Counted from the stretch's first letter, positions 1-9,950 are shown. The stretch: 64,000 nucleotides of DNA from an uncultured bacterium (GCA_943787795.1 CALSNU010000001.1:1312001-1376000); one strand, 5' to 3'. Notes: a model not told the origin generated them from the sequence alone. Made by a program: numbers and translations.

Positions 1-1
1 C

Positions 2-922
2 AAGCTGGTGGACCTTGAGGAGCAGGCGGGGGATGACCTCGACATCTCGGACGAGGTGCGCGCGCTGCGTTCCAAGCTCAAGGAGAAGCTGGTCGAGACC
101 TACGCTGGACTCTCGGCGTGGGATCAGGTCACCGTGGCGCGCCACCCGGACCGTCCCGTCACGGGAGATTACGTGGTTGGGGCGTTTGACGAGTTCATCG
201 AGCTCCACGGGGACAAGCAGTACGGCGATGACCCCGCCATCGTGACGGGGCTCGGGCGGATCGGCGAGCGCCGTTTCATGCTGGTTGGACACCGAAAGGG
301 CCGCACGACCAAGGAGCGGCTGCGCTGCAACTTCGGCTGCGCCCACCCCGAGGGGTACCGCAAGGCGCTGCGGAAGATGCAGCTCGCAGAGCGGATGGGG
401 CTCCCGATCGTGACCATGATCAACACCCCTGGGGCCTACCCGGGGATCGGCGCCGAGGAGCGCGGGCAGGCCGCCGCCATCGCGGAGAACATCCTCAAGA
501 TGTTCGAGCTGAAGGTGCCGGTGATCGCCTACGTGATCGGCGAAGGCGGATCCGGAGGGGCGCTCGGGATCGGGATCGCCGATCGCGTGCTGATGCTGCA
601 ATACGCCTACTACTCCGTGATCTCCCCTGAGGGCTGCGCCGCCATCCTCTGGAAGGACGGCGCGCGCTCACCGGAGGCGGCCGAGGCGCTTGGCCTGACC
701 GCCAACATTCTCCAGGGGCTGGGGATCGTGGACGGGGTGGTGCACGAGCCCCTCGGCGGCGCTCACCGCGACACCGACGTCATGATTCGCTCCATGCGCG
801 ATTCCATCGTCGAGCAGCTCGACTCTCTCGATGGCATCGACGGCGAGACGCTGGTGGCGAACCGGCGGGAGAAATTCAGGCACATCGGCGCCATCGACGG
901 GCGCTTCCCCTCGCCCGCCTGA
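2..922 (+). CDS. accA: Acetyl-CoA carboxylase carboxyltransferase subunit alpha (5'-truncated by window edge)
   Basis: Motifs ARHPDRP, ELHGD, NFGCAHPEGYRKALR, TPGAYPGIGAEERGQ, GEGGSGGAL, YSVISPEGCAAILW; frame is open to the window start. Confidence 0.97.
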   Translation, partial: KLVDLEEQAGDDLDISDEVRALRSKLKEKLVETYAGLSAWDQVTVARHPDRPVTGDYVVGAFDEFIELHGDKQYGDDPAIVTGLGRIGERRFMLVGHRKGRTTKERLRCNFGCAHPEGYRKALRKMQLAERMGLPIVTMINTPGAYPGIGAEERGQAAAIAENILKMFELKVPVIAYVIGEGGSGGALGIGIADRVLMLQYAYYSVISPEGCAAILWKDGARSPEAAEALGLTANILQGLGIVDGVVHEPLGGAHRDTDVMIRSMRDSIVEQLDSLDGIDGETLVANRREKFRHIGAIDGRFPSPA

Positions 923-1189
923 GGGCCGGGTCAACGTGCGGTCCGCGGGACCTCTGGCTGGGATGTGGATCATTGCGGGACCGAGTCTTGCCCAGTCTCG
1001 CGCCAACGGTCGCGTCGCTCAATCGTACCGGCCTGGGTGCGAAGCTCCTCACTGCGACAACGGCGACTCGATTCCCCAGCCGGGATCGTCCCCTCGAGGA
1101 GGGCACCTGCGGCTGTCACGTCGGCGGCTGTCCCCTCACGTGTTTCCTCGGGTGATCCTTCGGTTGATCCGGCTGGGGGCGCGGTCGTG

Positions 1190-1942
1190 ATGGGGCCCGG
1201 CGAGAGCGCGGGAGACGCCGCCGAGCAGGCCCGTCGCGAGGCGGCTCAAGCGGACCATGCGCTGGTTCGCAGGGCCCAGGCTGCGGACGAGGAGGCCTTC
1301 GGTGAGCTCGTTCGGCGGCACCAGGGTCGGGCCTACCGGGTGGCGCGGAACCTCGTCCCTTCGGATGAGGACGCCCAGGACATCGCTCAGGAGGCGTTCC
1401 TCCGGGTCTTCCGGAACCTGGAGCGCTTCAACTTTGACCACGACTTCACCACCTGGCTCTACCGCATCGTGACCAACCTGTGCATCGACTTCCTGCGCAA
1501 GCGGCGCGTCGCCATCTCGGTGTCACGCGGTCGTGAGGGGGAGGACGGCGTCGAATCTGCGCTGGAGCTCGAGGATCACAGTGAGCCTGCGCCCTGGGAG
1601 TATGCGGAGGCGACGGAGACGGCGGCCGAGGTCCATGAGGTCCTCTCCTCGCTCGCCCCGCACTTTCAGTCGGTCCTCACCCTCCGCGAGATCGAAGGCC
1701 TCGGCTGCCCCGAGATCGCCGAGATCGTGGGCGCCACCCATGTCACCGTCCGGTGGCGGCTGCACCGGGGGCGCAAGCTCTTCCAGGAAGAGTGGGAGCG
1801 CCGGGCGCGGATGCGTCAGCAAGGCGCAGCCAATCTCATTCAGAGCGGAGGCGTCGCGGGAGCTTCGAATTCTGCGCCAACGCCAGGGAACGAGCGACGT
1901 ACTGACCAGGAGAAGAGCCGCGACGAGGGCACCCGATCATGA
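1190..1942 (+). CDS. ECF-family RNA polymerase sigma factor
   Basis: Region 2 (AFGELV..H, DAQDIAQEAFLRVF, FTTWLYRIVTNLCIDFLRK) and region 4 (LREIEGL..PEIAEIVG...TVRWRLHRGR). Start trimmed to ATG 1190; the upstream extension is low complexity. Confidence 0.93.
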   Translation: MGPGESAGDAAEQARREAAQADHALVRRAQAADEEAFGELVRRHQGRAYRVARNLVPSDEDAQDIAQEAFLRVFRNLERFNFDHDFTTWLYRIVTNLCIDFLRKRRVAISVSRGREGEDGVESALELEDHSEPAPWEYAEATETAAEVHEVLSSLAPHFQSVLTLREIEGLGCPEIAEIVGATHVTVRWRLHRGRKLFQEEWERRARMRQQGAANLIQSGGVAGASNSAPTPGNERRTDQEKSRDEGTRS

Positions 1943-2610
1943 GACGAGATGGCGATGGAAACGATGGCAGGGCTGGCGAAGGTCAGACCATTCGAACCCG
2001 AGAAGAGTTCGAGTCGTCCCTCCCGCTGTTCGTCGGCGGTGATCTGGACCCTGCGGATGAGCGAGCGGTCGAAGGGTGGCTTGTGCAGCACCCTGAAGAT
2101 CAGGAACTGTTGGACGCCGCCGCGCGGGCCCGGGTCGTGTTGAAGGAGCACGGTCAGCGGGTGCGCGCGGCGGAGGTTCCTGACCTCTGGCCGGGGGTGC
2201 GCCGCACCCTCGGCGAGGTCGGGGTCTTGCCCTCCGCGGCGGAGGTCCGACAGCCGACGATCGTGGCGGGCTGGAACCGGGGATTCGCGGCGGCAGCCGC
2301 GTTGGCTCTGGTCACCGGGCTCGGCTTCTTGATGAGCGATCCTGGCACGCCGCAGGTGGCTCCCCAGGGCCCCGAGGTTTCCAACTCGATCGCTGGCACT
2401 TCGGATTCGAGGCCGGCGGGTACGTTTGGAGCGGACGCGGAGGTCCAGCTGGTCGGGAGTCGCCGCCAAGGCGCGCCCCTTCGTCGGCCGGGGCCGGACG
2501 GAGAGCACCTCATCGACGAGGCGCCGCTGGTGCCGCTCTGGCAGGTGATCCCTGTGATGGATCCCGCTGGCGGGTCCGCGGGCTCCCAGCTCGCCAGCGA
2601 CCGCCGCTAG
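1939..2610 (+). CDS. Putative membrane-anchored anti-sigma factor
   Basis: ATGA overlap with the ECF gene; N-terminal ASD-like segment (LPLFVGGDLDPADERAVEGWL), PDLWP motif, one TM helix (FAAAAALALVTGLGFL). Confidence 0.75.
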   Translation: MRRDGDGNDGRAGEGQTIRTREEFESSLPLFVGGDLDPADERAVEGWLVQHPEDQELLDAAARARVVLKEHGQRVRAAEVPDLWPGVRRTLGEVGVLPSAAEVRQPTIVAGWNRGFAAAAALALVTGLGFLMSDPGTPQVAPQGPEVSNSIAGTSDSRPAGTFGADAEVQLVGSRRQGAPLRRPGPDGEHLIDEAPLVPLWQVIPVMDPAGGSAGSQLASDRR

Positions 2611-2810
2611 GGGCGTGACCTGGGGTGGGCGGAGCTCCGCGCGACGCGGCCTGGGGTTGAGCCGGGCTGTGCGGCGAGCACCGTTGAGTCATGTCGCGCA
2701 GGGTCTCGCACTCTCCAAGAGTGCCGCGCCGACTTCAGGGAAGACGCCGGTGGAGGCGCGTGCGGAATCAGCTCGCAGCCGCAGAAAGAGCCGCAGTGGA
2801 GCTCACCGGG

Positions 2811-2847
2811 CCAGCGCGCAGGATCCCACCGCGCAGGATCCCAGCGC
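2811..2847. repeat. 15-bp tandem repeat, about 2.5 copies
   Basis: ccagcgcgcaggatc / ccaccgcgcaggatc / ccagcgc, abutting the stop codon of the minus-strand TPR gene. Confidence 0.8.
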
Positions 2848-3948
2848 TTAGCCCTGGTTCGAGGTGGCGATCGCCCGGTCGCAGCGCTCGACGAAGTCGT
2901 AGGCCTTGCGGATATCAGGGTCCTCGAAGCTGGCGGTCCGAGCCCGCAGCTCGATGAAGCGCTCGATCGAGGTGCGCGCCTTGACGAACTCGCCCAGGTC
3001 GAAGAGGAGCTGCGCCTTCAGGCTGTGCGCCTCAGGTAGATCTGGCTGCAGGATGAGGATCTCGTCGAACTCAGTCACGGCCTCGTTGTACCTGCCGAGC
3101 TCCTCGAGCAGGAACGCGATGTGGAGCCGGGTCTTCACCTCGAACTCACGGTTGGAGCGCCTGTTGTCGAGCAGCCTCGTCTCGTCCTCCGCGCTCAGGC
3201 CGTCGTCTTCAAGCTGGATCATCACGAGGCGCTGAGAGCTTCGGATGGAATCGATGAGCTCGCGGCTGAAGGCGATGCTCTCATCCATCTCTCCGAGCAG
3301 GGCCGTGGTGCGGACCAGGCCCCCCAGGGATTGGGGCTCGCCAGGATAGATCTCTCGCGAGAGGAGGAAGTGCTCCTTGGCTTCCCTCCACTGGCGTCGG
3401 GCCTCGGATTCGAGCTCCGCCGCCCGCTGCGCACGATCGGGGGCGTCCGTCGGCCGGCTCCCGTCGCGGACACCAGAGGCCGCTTCGTCGTAGAGCACGC
3501 CCGCCCGCTCCACCGCCGCGCCCCAGAACATCTGCACGCGATAGTCGTCCTTCGCGGGAATGGACTCGAAGATCTCGATCGCAGCCTGGATGTCCGCCGA
3601 CGTCCCCTGGAGCAGCTTGCTCTGACCGTAGATCAGCAGGAACCGCTCGTTCTTGGGCTCGATCTCAAGCGCTCTGAAGGCCTGGTCCTCAGCACGGGCG
3701 TTCTCGCCCATGTTGATGTACCTCATCGCGTTCTCGAAGTAGAGCCCGAGCTTCTCCTTCTCCGTCAGCTTGGGGCGCCCGTCATCCTCCGTCTCCCGCG
3801 TCGAGCTGCAGGAGGCAAGGCTGGTGCCGAGAAGGGCGAGTAGCGCGAGGGCCGCGATGAAAGTGCTGGCGCCCCTCGCTGCCCCGGGCGAGCGGGTCAA
3901 TGAGCCGGGGAAGCGGGTCAATGAGGGGGTGGAGAGGCGTGTGAACAT
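2848..3948 (-). CDS. TPR-repeat lipoprotein
   Basis: Hydrophobic stretch with lipobox SLAS-C; TPR-like helices (ALEIEPKN, LGRYNEAVTEFDEILILQPDLPEAH). Start placed at ATG 3948 (uncertain). Confidence 0.75.
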   Translation of the reverse strand: MFTRLSTPSLTRFPGSLTRSPGAARGASTFIAALALLALLGTSLASCSSTRETEDDGRPKLTEKEKLGLYFENAMRYINMGENARAEDQAFRALEIEPKNERFLLIYGQSKLLQGTSADIQAAIEIFESIPAKDDYRVQMFWGAAVERAGVLYDEAASGVRDGSRPTDAPDRAQRAAELESEARRQWREAKEHFLLSREIYPGEPQSLGGLVRTTALLGEMDESIAFSRELIDSIRSSQRLVMIQLEDDGLSAEDETRLLDNRRSNREFEVKTRLHIAFLLEELGRYNEAVTEFDEILILQPDLPEAHSLKAQLLFDLGEFVKARTSIERFIELRARTASFEDPDIRKAYDFVERCDRAIATSNQG

Positions 3949-3953
3949 CGGAG

Positions 3954-5498
3954 TCAGGACGGGGTCGGGGGGTCGTGGGCTCCGCGCAATAGTGCATCGA
4001 GCCGGTGCTGTTGCATACGAACCTCCAAGATCCGTCCCCCAGAGAGGGCCACCAGTCCCGGCTTCGCCCCCTTCGGCTTGTGGATGTGCTTGCGTTGAGC
4101 CACATGAACCGGTGCCCGGTCGGTTCCGCGGATGGGGGAGAAGTGGATCGCGAGATGAGCCGCGTCCAGCAGCTCCTCGTGGTCGGGCTCCTTGCCCTTG
4201 GGGGTGCACAGCACGACGTGGCTCCCCGGGCAGTCCGCGGTGTGGAGCCAGAAGTCCGATCCGCGGGCCAGGCGGATCGTCAGGGTGTCGTTGTCCTTAG
4301 ACGTGCGCCCAACGCGGATCTCGGATCCGTGGGACCCGACGAAAGAGCGGTACGGCTTGCGGGGCGCTGGAGCCTTGCGCTTGCGCACGTCGGCCACCTG
4401 GCGCGGGTCGAGCAGGCCGGCCTCGACGGCCTCCGCGTCGAGCTTTGCAGCGTCGACGTCTCGATCCTCGGCGCGCTCTGCCAGCTCGTTGAGCATTGCC
4501 ATGCGGGCGCGGGCGCGGTCCAGCTCCTCGTCCACCGTGGCGCGCGCTCGTTCGAGCTTGTGGAATCGATCGAAGAGCTTCTGAACGTTCTCGGTGGGCG
4601 CCAGCTTCGGGTCGAGCTCGATGGTTCGCTCCGGCGTGCCCTCGGCGAACCAGTCCTGAAGGCGGACCTCGCGATCGCCGCGCTTGATCGAGCCCAGAGC
4701 GGACTTCAAGAGATCGCCATCCATGCGGACGCGCTCGGCACCGCTGGCCGCGCTGGCCTTGGCCTCCAGCCCATCGAGCAGAGCCCGGGTCCGGGCGACT
4801 CGCCGCTTGACGCGCTGCCGGAGGGTCTTCCGCGCGTCCGCTTCGTGAGCCTCGGCTGCAGCAGCGCCAAGGGAGCGCTCCACCGCCCACGAGAGCGGTG
4901 CGCGGTCCTTCACCCTGCCTGGCGGCAGGTCTTCAGGGGTTCCAAGGGCCTCGAGCAGCCCATCGGCGGAGGGGGGAGGGGGCTTTCCCGCCCCTGGCGC
5001 GGTCCAGGGGCTGCCCACGGCGAGGCGCGGGTCCTGGCCGGCCTTTGAGGGCGGGGCTGCGGCCATGGCGATGACCCGGTCGGCGGCTCCCATGAGGATG
5101 AGGTTCGCTCGCCGGCCGAAGAGCTCGAGGAGCAGAGCGCGGCGCCCCTCGTCCCCGCGCAGCTCCACAAGCACCATGCGGTCGCCGCGTACCGGTGCGA
5201 TCGAGCGCACGGTCGCTCCGGCGAGGTTGGCGCTCAGCGACTGAAAGAAGGGGCCCACGGGCCCGTCATGTCGCTGCAGCCGGCCCTGCTGGAGGTGGAC
5301 TCGCGGCGCGCTCGGGTCTGCGGCGAGGCGGAGTCGCAGGACCGCGGGCCCGTCCTCGTCGTCCCTGTCAGCGGGGGGCTCGAGAATGAGCAGGACGTCC
5401 CGGGGTGGGAACCCCTGGACGTCCTTGACGGTCCAGCCCGCGAGAAGCGGCTGGAGCTCATCGCACAGCTCGGCGACGTGATGAGCCGTCAGGCTCAC
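3954..5498 (-). CDS. rqcH: NFACT-family (FbpA/Rqc2) ribosome quality control protein
   Basis: NFACT-N motifs GDRMV and ELFGRRANLIL; coiled coil with IELDPKL; NFACT-R motif IRVGR..KDNDTLT..WLH....PGSHVV. GTG start at 5498 assumed. Confidence 0.88.
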   Translation of the reverse strand: MSLTAHHVAELCDELQPLLAGWTVKDVQGFPPRDVLLILEPPADRDDEDGPAVLRLRLAADPSAPRVHLQQGRLQRHDGPVGPFFQSLSANLAGATVRSIAPVRGDRMVLVELRGDEGRRALLLELFGRRANLILMGAADRVIAMAAAPPSKAGQDPRLAVGSPWTAPGAGKPPPPSADGLLEALGTPEDLPPGRVKDRAPLSWAVERSLGAAAAEAHEADARKTLRQRVKRRVARTRALLDGLEAKASAASGAERVRMDGDLLKSALGSIKRGDREVRLQDWFAEGTPERTIELDPKLAPTENVQKLFDRFHKLERARATVDEELDRARARMAMLNELAERAEDRDVDAAKLDAEAVEAGLLDPRQVADVRKRKAPAPRKPYRSFVGSHGSEIRVGRTSKDNDTLTIRLARGSDFWLHTADCPGSHVVLCTPKGKEPDHEELLDAAHLAIHFSPIRGTDRAPVHVAQRKHIHKPKGAKPGLVALSGGRILEVRMQQHRLDALLRGAHDPPTPS

Positions 5499-5518
5499 CG
5501 CCCTGGGGCGCGGCTCTC

Positions 5519-5989
5519 TCAGGCGAGCTCCTCCTTCACGGAGTAGCGCCACTCGAGGTCCGCCGGCGTCCAGTCGGAGAGCTCCGCGGCATCGGAGAAC
5601 CAGAGCCCGAGCTCGAACTTGGCGGTGTCCTCACCGTCGGAGGCGTGCACGAGGTTGTTCGAGAAGCTCATGCCAAGGTCGCCGCGGATCGTGCCGGGGG
5701 CCGCCTCTCGGGCGTTGGTCTTGCCCACGAGGGTGCGGACCACGGTGATGGCGTCCTTGCCCTCGAGGGCGATGGCGACGACGGGGCCGGAGGACATGAA
5801 GTCCACGAGGTTGGGGTAGAAGGGACGCTCCTTGTGCACCTCGTAGTGCTGCTCGAGCACCGAGCGGTCGAAGGTCCGCATCTTCAGCCCGACGATGCTG
5901 AGGCCCTTGGCCTCGAAGCGAGAGAGGATCGTGCCGACGAGGCCGCGCTGGACGGCATCGGGCTTGAGAAGGACGAGGGTGCGCTCCAC
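5519..5989 (-). CDS. ndk: Nucleoside diphosphate kinase
   Basis: ERTLVLLKPDAVQRGL, APGTIRGDL, NLVHASD (catalytic His). Confidence 0.98.
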   Translation of the reverse strand: MERTLVLLKPDAVQRGLVGTILSRFEAKGLSIVGLKMRTFDRSVLEQHYEVHKERPFYPNLVDFMSSGPVVAIALEGKDAITVVRTLVGKTNAREAAPGTIRGDLGMSFSNNLVHASDGEDTAKFELGLWFSDAAELSDWTPADLEWRYSVKEELA

Positions 5990-6072
5990 GAGGGGTCTCC
6001 GGAGGTATCTGGGTCTCGGATGGGTCTTCCCGACTCCCGCGGCGAGGGCGCAGGATGGCGATCGGGCGCGAG

Positions 6073-6081
6073 AGGATAGCG
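6073..6081 (-). promoter_or_regulatory. Candidate -10 element (CGCTATCCT) for ndk
   Basis: The same 9-mer occurs upstream of rpmI; no clear -35 element. Confidence 0.35.
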
Positions 6082-6163
6082 ACCCTGGTGCCCCCGGCGG
6101 GTCTCCGAGTGGGGTGGGGCCATATTTTATTCCCAGGGGAGGAGGATTCGAGCTTTCGTCTGG

Positions 6164-6191
6164 TTGACCCAGGGACCTGCCTCCCTATCCT
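6164..6191 (+). promoter_or_regulatory. Sigma70-type promoter of the atp operon
   Basis: TTGACC-N16-TATCCT about 180 nt upstream of the first atp gene. Confidence 0.6.
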
Positions 6192-6371
6192 CGCTCGCAC
6201 ATTTCCGGATCAGCGGACGCCCTCGGCGCCCCCCGGACTTTCAAAACGGAAACGGACGATCCCCATCGTTCAGCCTCACTCCAAAGCCTCACTGTCGCTT
6301 CGGGGCGCTCTCCCCGCAGGATCCCTGCGGGGGCCTGGCGCTCGTGAGCCCCTCAACACGCCGAATCCGGA

Positions 6372-6662
6372 ATGTCGACCAGCAATGATCCCTCGGGCCC
6401 TCCCGGCCCGGATCTCGCCAGCGACCGTCCGCCGTCGGAGGGCTCAGTCCCGAACGTGCCGGGTGCGGAGTGGGTTGGAGAGCAGCGCGAAGTCGGCAAG
6501 GCGGCGGGCGCAGGGCTCCAGTTCGGCCTCACCATCTGCATCTTCGCAGTCGCCGGGCTCTGGCTGGATGGACGATTCGGTACCGACCCCTGGCTGCTGG
6601 TGACGGGCGTACTGCTCTCGTTCTTCGGTGGCACCGTCTCCCTCATCAAAAAGTACAGCTGA
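6372..6662 (+). CDS. AtpZ/AtpI-family 2-TM protein (ATPase gene 1)
   Basis: GLWLDGRFGTDPW motif between two TM helices; first gene of the atp operon. Confidence 0.88.
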   Translation: MSTSNDPSGPPGPDLASDRPPSEGSVPNVPGAEWVGEQREVGKAAGAGLQFGLTICIFAVAGLWLDGRFGTDPWLLVTGVLLSFFGGTVSLIKKYS

Positions 6663-6759
6663 TCGCCCTGCGGTCTCCCTCGACGCGACCCCAAGTCCGC
6701 CGCTCCTGAACCCAGGGGCACCCTCCAAAGCCCCCCAAGCTCAAGGCCCCACAAGCATC

Positions 6760-7224
6760 GTGCAGCGCGCCACCCTCTCCGCCCTGATCGCCGTCGCCCT
6801 CGGCGTCGGCTTCGTCTACCTCCGTGGGGAAGGCCTGGATCTGGTGTCGGTCGGCGTGCTCGGTGGAACCTGCCTGGGCTCGGCAGCCGCGCTGCTCTCG
6901 CACTCACTGGTCTCGGCGGCCATGCAACTGCAGTCCGACAAGGCGCTGCAATTTGTGCTCGCTGGCTTCGGCGTGAAGGCCGTCGGAGCGATCGCCCCCT
7001 GGGCCGTGCTCGCCTTCTGGGCGCCCGCGGCTGGCGTCGCGGACTCCGCGTCTTACGTCCTCGGTTACATCGCCGCTGCCCTGCTCGTGCTGGGCGCCGG
7101 CGTCATTGATCATCTCCGCCTCGCGGCCGTCGTCTCGCATCAGCGAGCACGCGCCGGGATGGAAGGCGGCCTCACCCATCCGGTTCCCACTGGCTCCAGC
7201 GCACCGCTGGAGAGCGCGTCGTGA
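6760..7224 (+). CDS. AtpI-like 4-TM membrane protein
   Basis: Four hydrophobic segments; lies directly before atpB with GTGA overlap; GTG start at 6760 assumed. Confidence 0.65.
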   Translation: MQRATLSALIAVALGVGFVYLRGEGLDLVSVGVLGGTCLGSAAALLSHSLVSAAMQLQSDKALQFVLAGFGVKAVGAIAPWAVLAFWAPAAGVADSASYVLGYIAAALLVLGAGVIDHLRLAAVVSHQRARAGMEGGLTHPVPTGSSAPLESAS

Positions 7225-8243
7225 GCATCCTCCGCCCGCTGGCAATGCTGGCCGTTCTGGTCGGCGCCTGTTTTCTCACCCATCGTCATACGCCGCATCA
7301 CACGGCGTCTGAGGAGTCCCTCTTCTCGACGATCTTCATGCACGTCATCCCCGCGCCGGTCGTCGGCGCCCATGGGGACCACGGGCACGCGGAGGACGAC
7401 GAGATCGACCACTCCGGGACCGGAGCGGCCGTGGTGGAGGACCACGCCGACGAGCACCACCACGCTGAGCCGGCCCTGCACATCGGCCTCCCGGAGTTCC
7501 TCGGCGGCTTCGACGGTCACCCCACAAAGGAGGGGCACCAGCTCGTCGTCTACAACCTGCAGATCTTCCAGCTGGCGGCGCTGCTGATGATCCTCATCGG
7601 CTTCAGCGGGGTCCCGACCTATCTGCGCACCGGGCAAGGAGACACCACCTCGAAGCTGATGGCGGGCTTCTGCCTCTGGCTCCGGGATGACCTCGTCGAG
7701 CCGGCGATGGGCAAGGAGCTGAGCAACCGGTTCCTGCCGTTCATGATGTTCATCTTCTTCTTCATCATGTTCATGAACGTGATGGGGCTGACGCCGGCAT
7801 CGGTGACCCCCACGGCGAGCATCTTCGTGACCGGCGCCCTCGCCTTCATCACGTTCTCCACCATGATCATCGGCGGCATGATCGCCCAGGGCCCCGTGGC
7901 GTTCTTCAAGAACCTCGTGCCGCACGTGCCCCTGATCCTCTGGCCGCTGATGTTCGTCATCGAGCTGACCGGGCTCATCCTGAAGCCCGCGGCCCTGATG
8001 ATTCGACTCTTCGCCACCATGACGGGCGGCCACCTCGTGGTCCTCTCGTTCCTGGCGCTGATCTTCCTGTTCGGGCCCTTTGCCGGGAACTCGATGGGCA
8101 AGGCGCTCGCCATCAGCCCCGCCTGGGTCGGCTTCAGCGTCTTCGTCATGATCATCGAGGCCTTCGTGGCCCTGGTTCAGGCCTACATCTTCACCCTCCT
8201 CTCCTCGCTGTTCATCAGCGCCTCGATTCACCCCGAGCACTGA
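7221..8243 (+). CDS. atpB: F0F1 ATP synthase subunit a with His-rich N-terminal extension
   Basis: FFFIMFMNVMGL.P, IEL.GLILKPAALMIRLFA (essential Arg), EAFVALVQAYIF. Confidence 0.96.
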   Translation: MSILRPLAMLAVLVGACFLTHRHTPHHTASEESLFSTIFMHVIPAPVVGAHGDHGHAEDDEIDHSGTGAAVVEDHADEHHHAEPALHIGLPEFLGGFDGHPTKEGHQLVVYNLQIFQLAALLMILIGFSGVPTYLRTGQGDTTSKLMAGFCLWLRDDLVEPAMGKELSNRFLPFMMFIFFFIMFMNVMGLTPASVTPTASIFVTGALAFITFSTMIIGGMIAQGPVAFFKNLVPHVPLILWPLMFVIELTGLILKPAALMIRLFATMTGGHLVVLSFLALIFLFGPFAGNSMGKALAISPAWVGFSVFVMIIEAFVALVQAYIFTLLSSLFISASIHPEH

Positions 8244-8335
8244 TCAGCGGGAGCCAAGGATCGAGCGTCCCCTCGGGGCGCCTCGCTCCAGCCCGTGTAA
8301 GGCCGACACCGCTCGGCCACCTTCGACCCTTCTGA

Positions 8336-8674
<339 letters not shown>

Positions 8675-8680
8675 GCTGCA

Positions 8681-8742
8681 GCGGTCCCCGGCCGGTCCGT
8701 CGGGCGCGCTGAGCGCGCCTGCGGACGGTCAGGTCGGACCGC
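8681..8742 (+). other. Long imperfect GC-rich stem-loop after atpE
   Basis: Nested complementary arms gcggtcc/ggaccgc, gtccg/cggac and ggcgcgct/agcgcgcc. Confidence 0.55.
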
Positions 8743-8853
8743 TTGGAGAGGCGCCGCCCTGCGGAGCCCTCCCTCGACCCCAACTTTTCGACGCCGCGCT
8801 CGCGTGGCGCCCCGTCTGCGACTCCACGCCGGACCCCTTCCATTCAGGTCCCA

Positions 8854-9402
8854 ATGCCGCTTTTCACGAACATCCAGAGCCTTCCGCTCCTCGTCGCCGA
8901 GGGGGGAGGCTTCGACGTCTTCGATCCGAACGGCGCCGGCAACTTCCTCTGGACGCTGCTCATCTTCGCGCTCTCGTTTCCGCTCATGTGGAAGATGGTC
9001 TTCGGACCCATCGTGAGCGCCCTGATCGAGCGGGACGCCAAGGCCTCCGAGGCGATCCACGCCGCGGAAGCGGCCAGCGAGGCCGCCGAGCGCAGCCGCG
9101 CAGAGGTCGAGGTCGCCCTGGGGAATGCCAACGCCGAGGCGAAGAAGATCCTTGCGAGCGCCACCTCGCGGGCCGAGGCCCGTGAGCGCGACATCGTCGA
9201 CAACGCCAAGAAAGAGGCCGAGGCGATGATCGCCAAGGCCAAGGCGGACATCGACGGGGAGCGCGAGAAGGCGGTCGCCCAGATCCGCTCCGAGGTCGTC
9301 GAGCTCTCCATGATGGCCGCCACCCAGGTCCTCGGCCGCGCGGTCAGCGCGGACGACGACCGTCGGCTGGCCGAGGAAATCGTCAGCGCTTCGGGGAACT
9401 GA
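8854..9402 (+). CDS. atpF: F0F1 ATP synthase subunit b
   Basis: N-terminal TM (FLWTLLIF...WKMVFGPIVSALIER) followed by an Ala/Glu coiled coil; operon position. Confidence 0.95.
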   Translation: MPLFTNIQSLPLLVAEGGGFDVFDPNGAGNFLWTLLIFALSFPLMWKMVFGPIVSALIERDAKASEAIHAAEAASEAAERSRAEVEVALGNANAEAKKILASATSRAEARERDIVDNAKKEAEAMIAKAKADIDGEREKAVAQIRSEVVELSMMAATQVLGRAVSADDDRRLAEEIVSASGN

Positions 9403-9404
9403 TC

Positions 9405-9950
9405 GTGATCCTGGATCCCGTCACCAACCGCTGGGCCGATGCGCTCTTCGAGGTCGCCCGCAAGGCCGACGCCATGGAGGCCGTTCAGGCCGACACGGCC
9501 CGGCTCTCTGCGGAGGTCTCCTCTCCCAAGGTCGCTGCCTTCCTCTATGGAAGCAGCGTGCCGCAGGAGGAGCGTGTCAAGCGGGTCCAGCCGCTCCTTG
9601 AGCTGTTGCACCCGAAGACCCAGAGCTTCGTGCGACTGCTCTTCGAGCGTCGTCGCCAGGAGGTCCTCCAGGGCATCGGTGAGGCCTTCAAGCGCAAGGT
9701 CTACGAAGAGACCGGCCGCGTCGAAGGCGTCGTCGAGTCTCCCAGGGAGCTCTCTGCTGAAGATGTCTCCAAGCTTGAGTCCGCCGTCGGTGCCCGCATC
9801 GGCAAGACGGTGGTCCTCACCCAGCGCCAAGCCGCCGATCTGATCGGCGGCGTGCGCGTCATCGTCGGCGCCCGGCTCTTCGACGCGACGGTCAAGGGCC
9901 GCCTCGAGTCGATGCGCGAGCGCCTGATGTCAGCCGCACTCCCGGGCTGA
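9405..9950 (+). CDS. atpH: ATP synthase F1 subunit delta
   Basis: RWADALF; C-terminal LIGGVRVIVGARLFDATVKGRL; operon position. Confidence 0.95.
   Translation: MILDPVTNRWADALFEVARKADAMEAVQADTARLSAEVSSPKVAAFLYGSSVPQEERVKRVQPLLELLHPKTQSFVRLLFERRRQEVLQGIGEAFKRKVYEETGRVEGVVESPRELSAEDVSKLESAVGARIGKTVVLTQRQAADLIGGVRVIVGARLFDATVKGRLESMRERLMSAALPG

Noticed and set aside
2615..2957. Small ORFs between the anti-sigma and TPR genes
   Set aside because: Low-complexity Arg/Ala/Ser sequence that runs through a tandem repeat, with no coding signal
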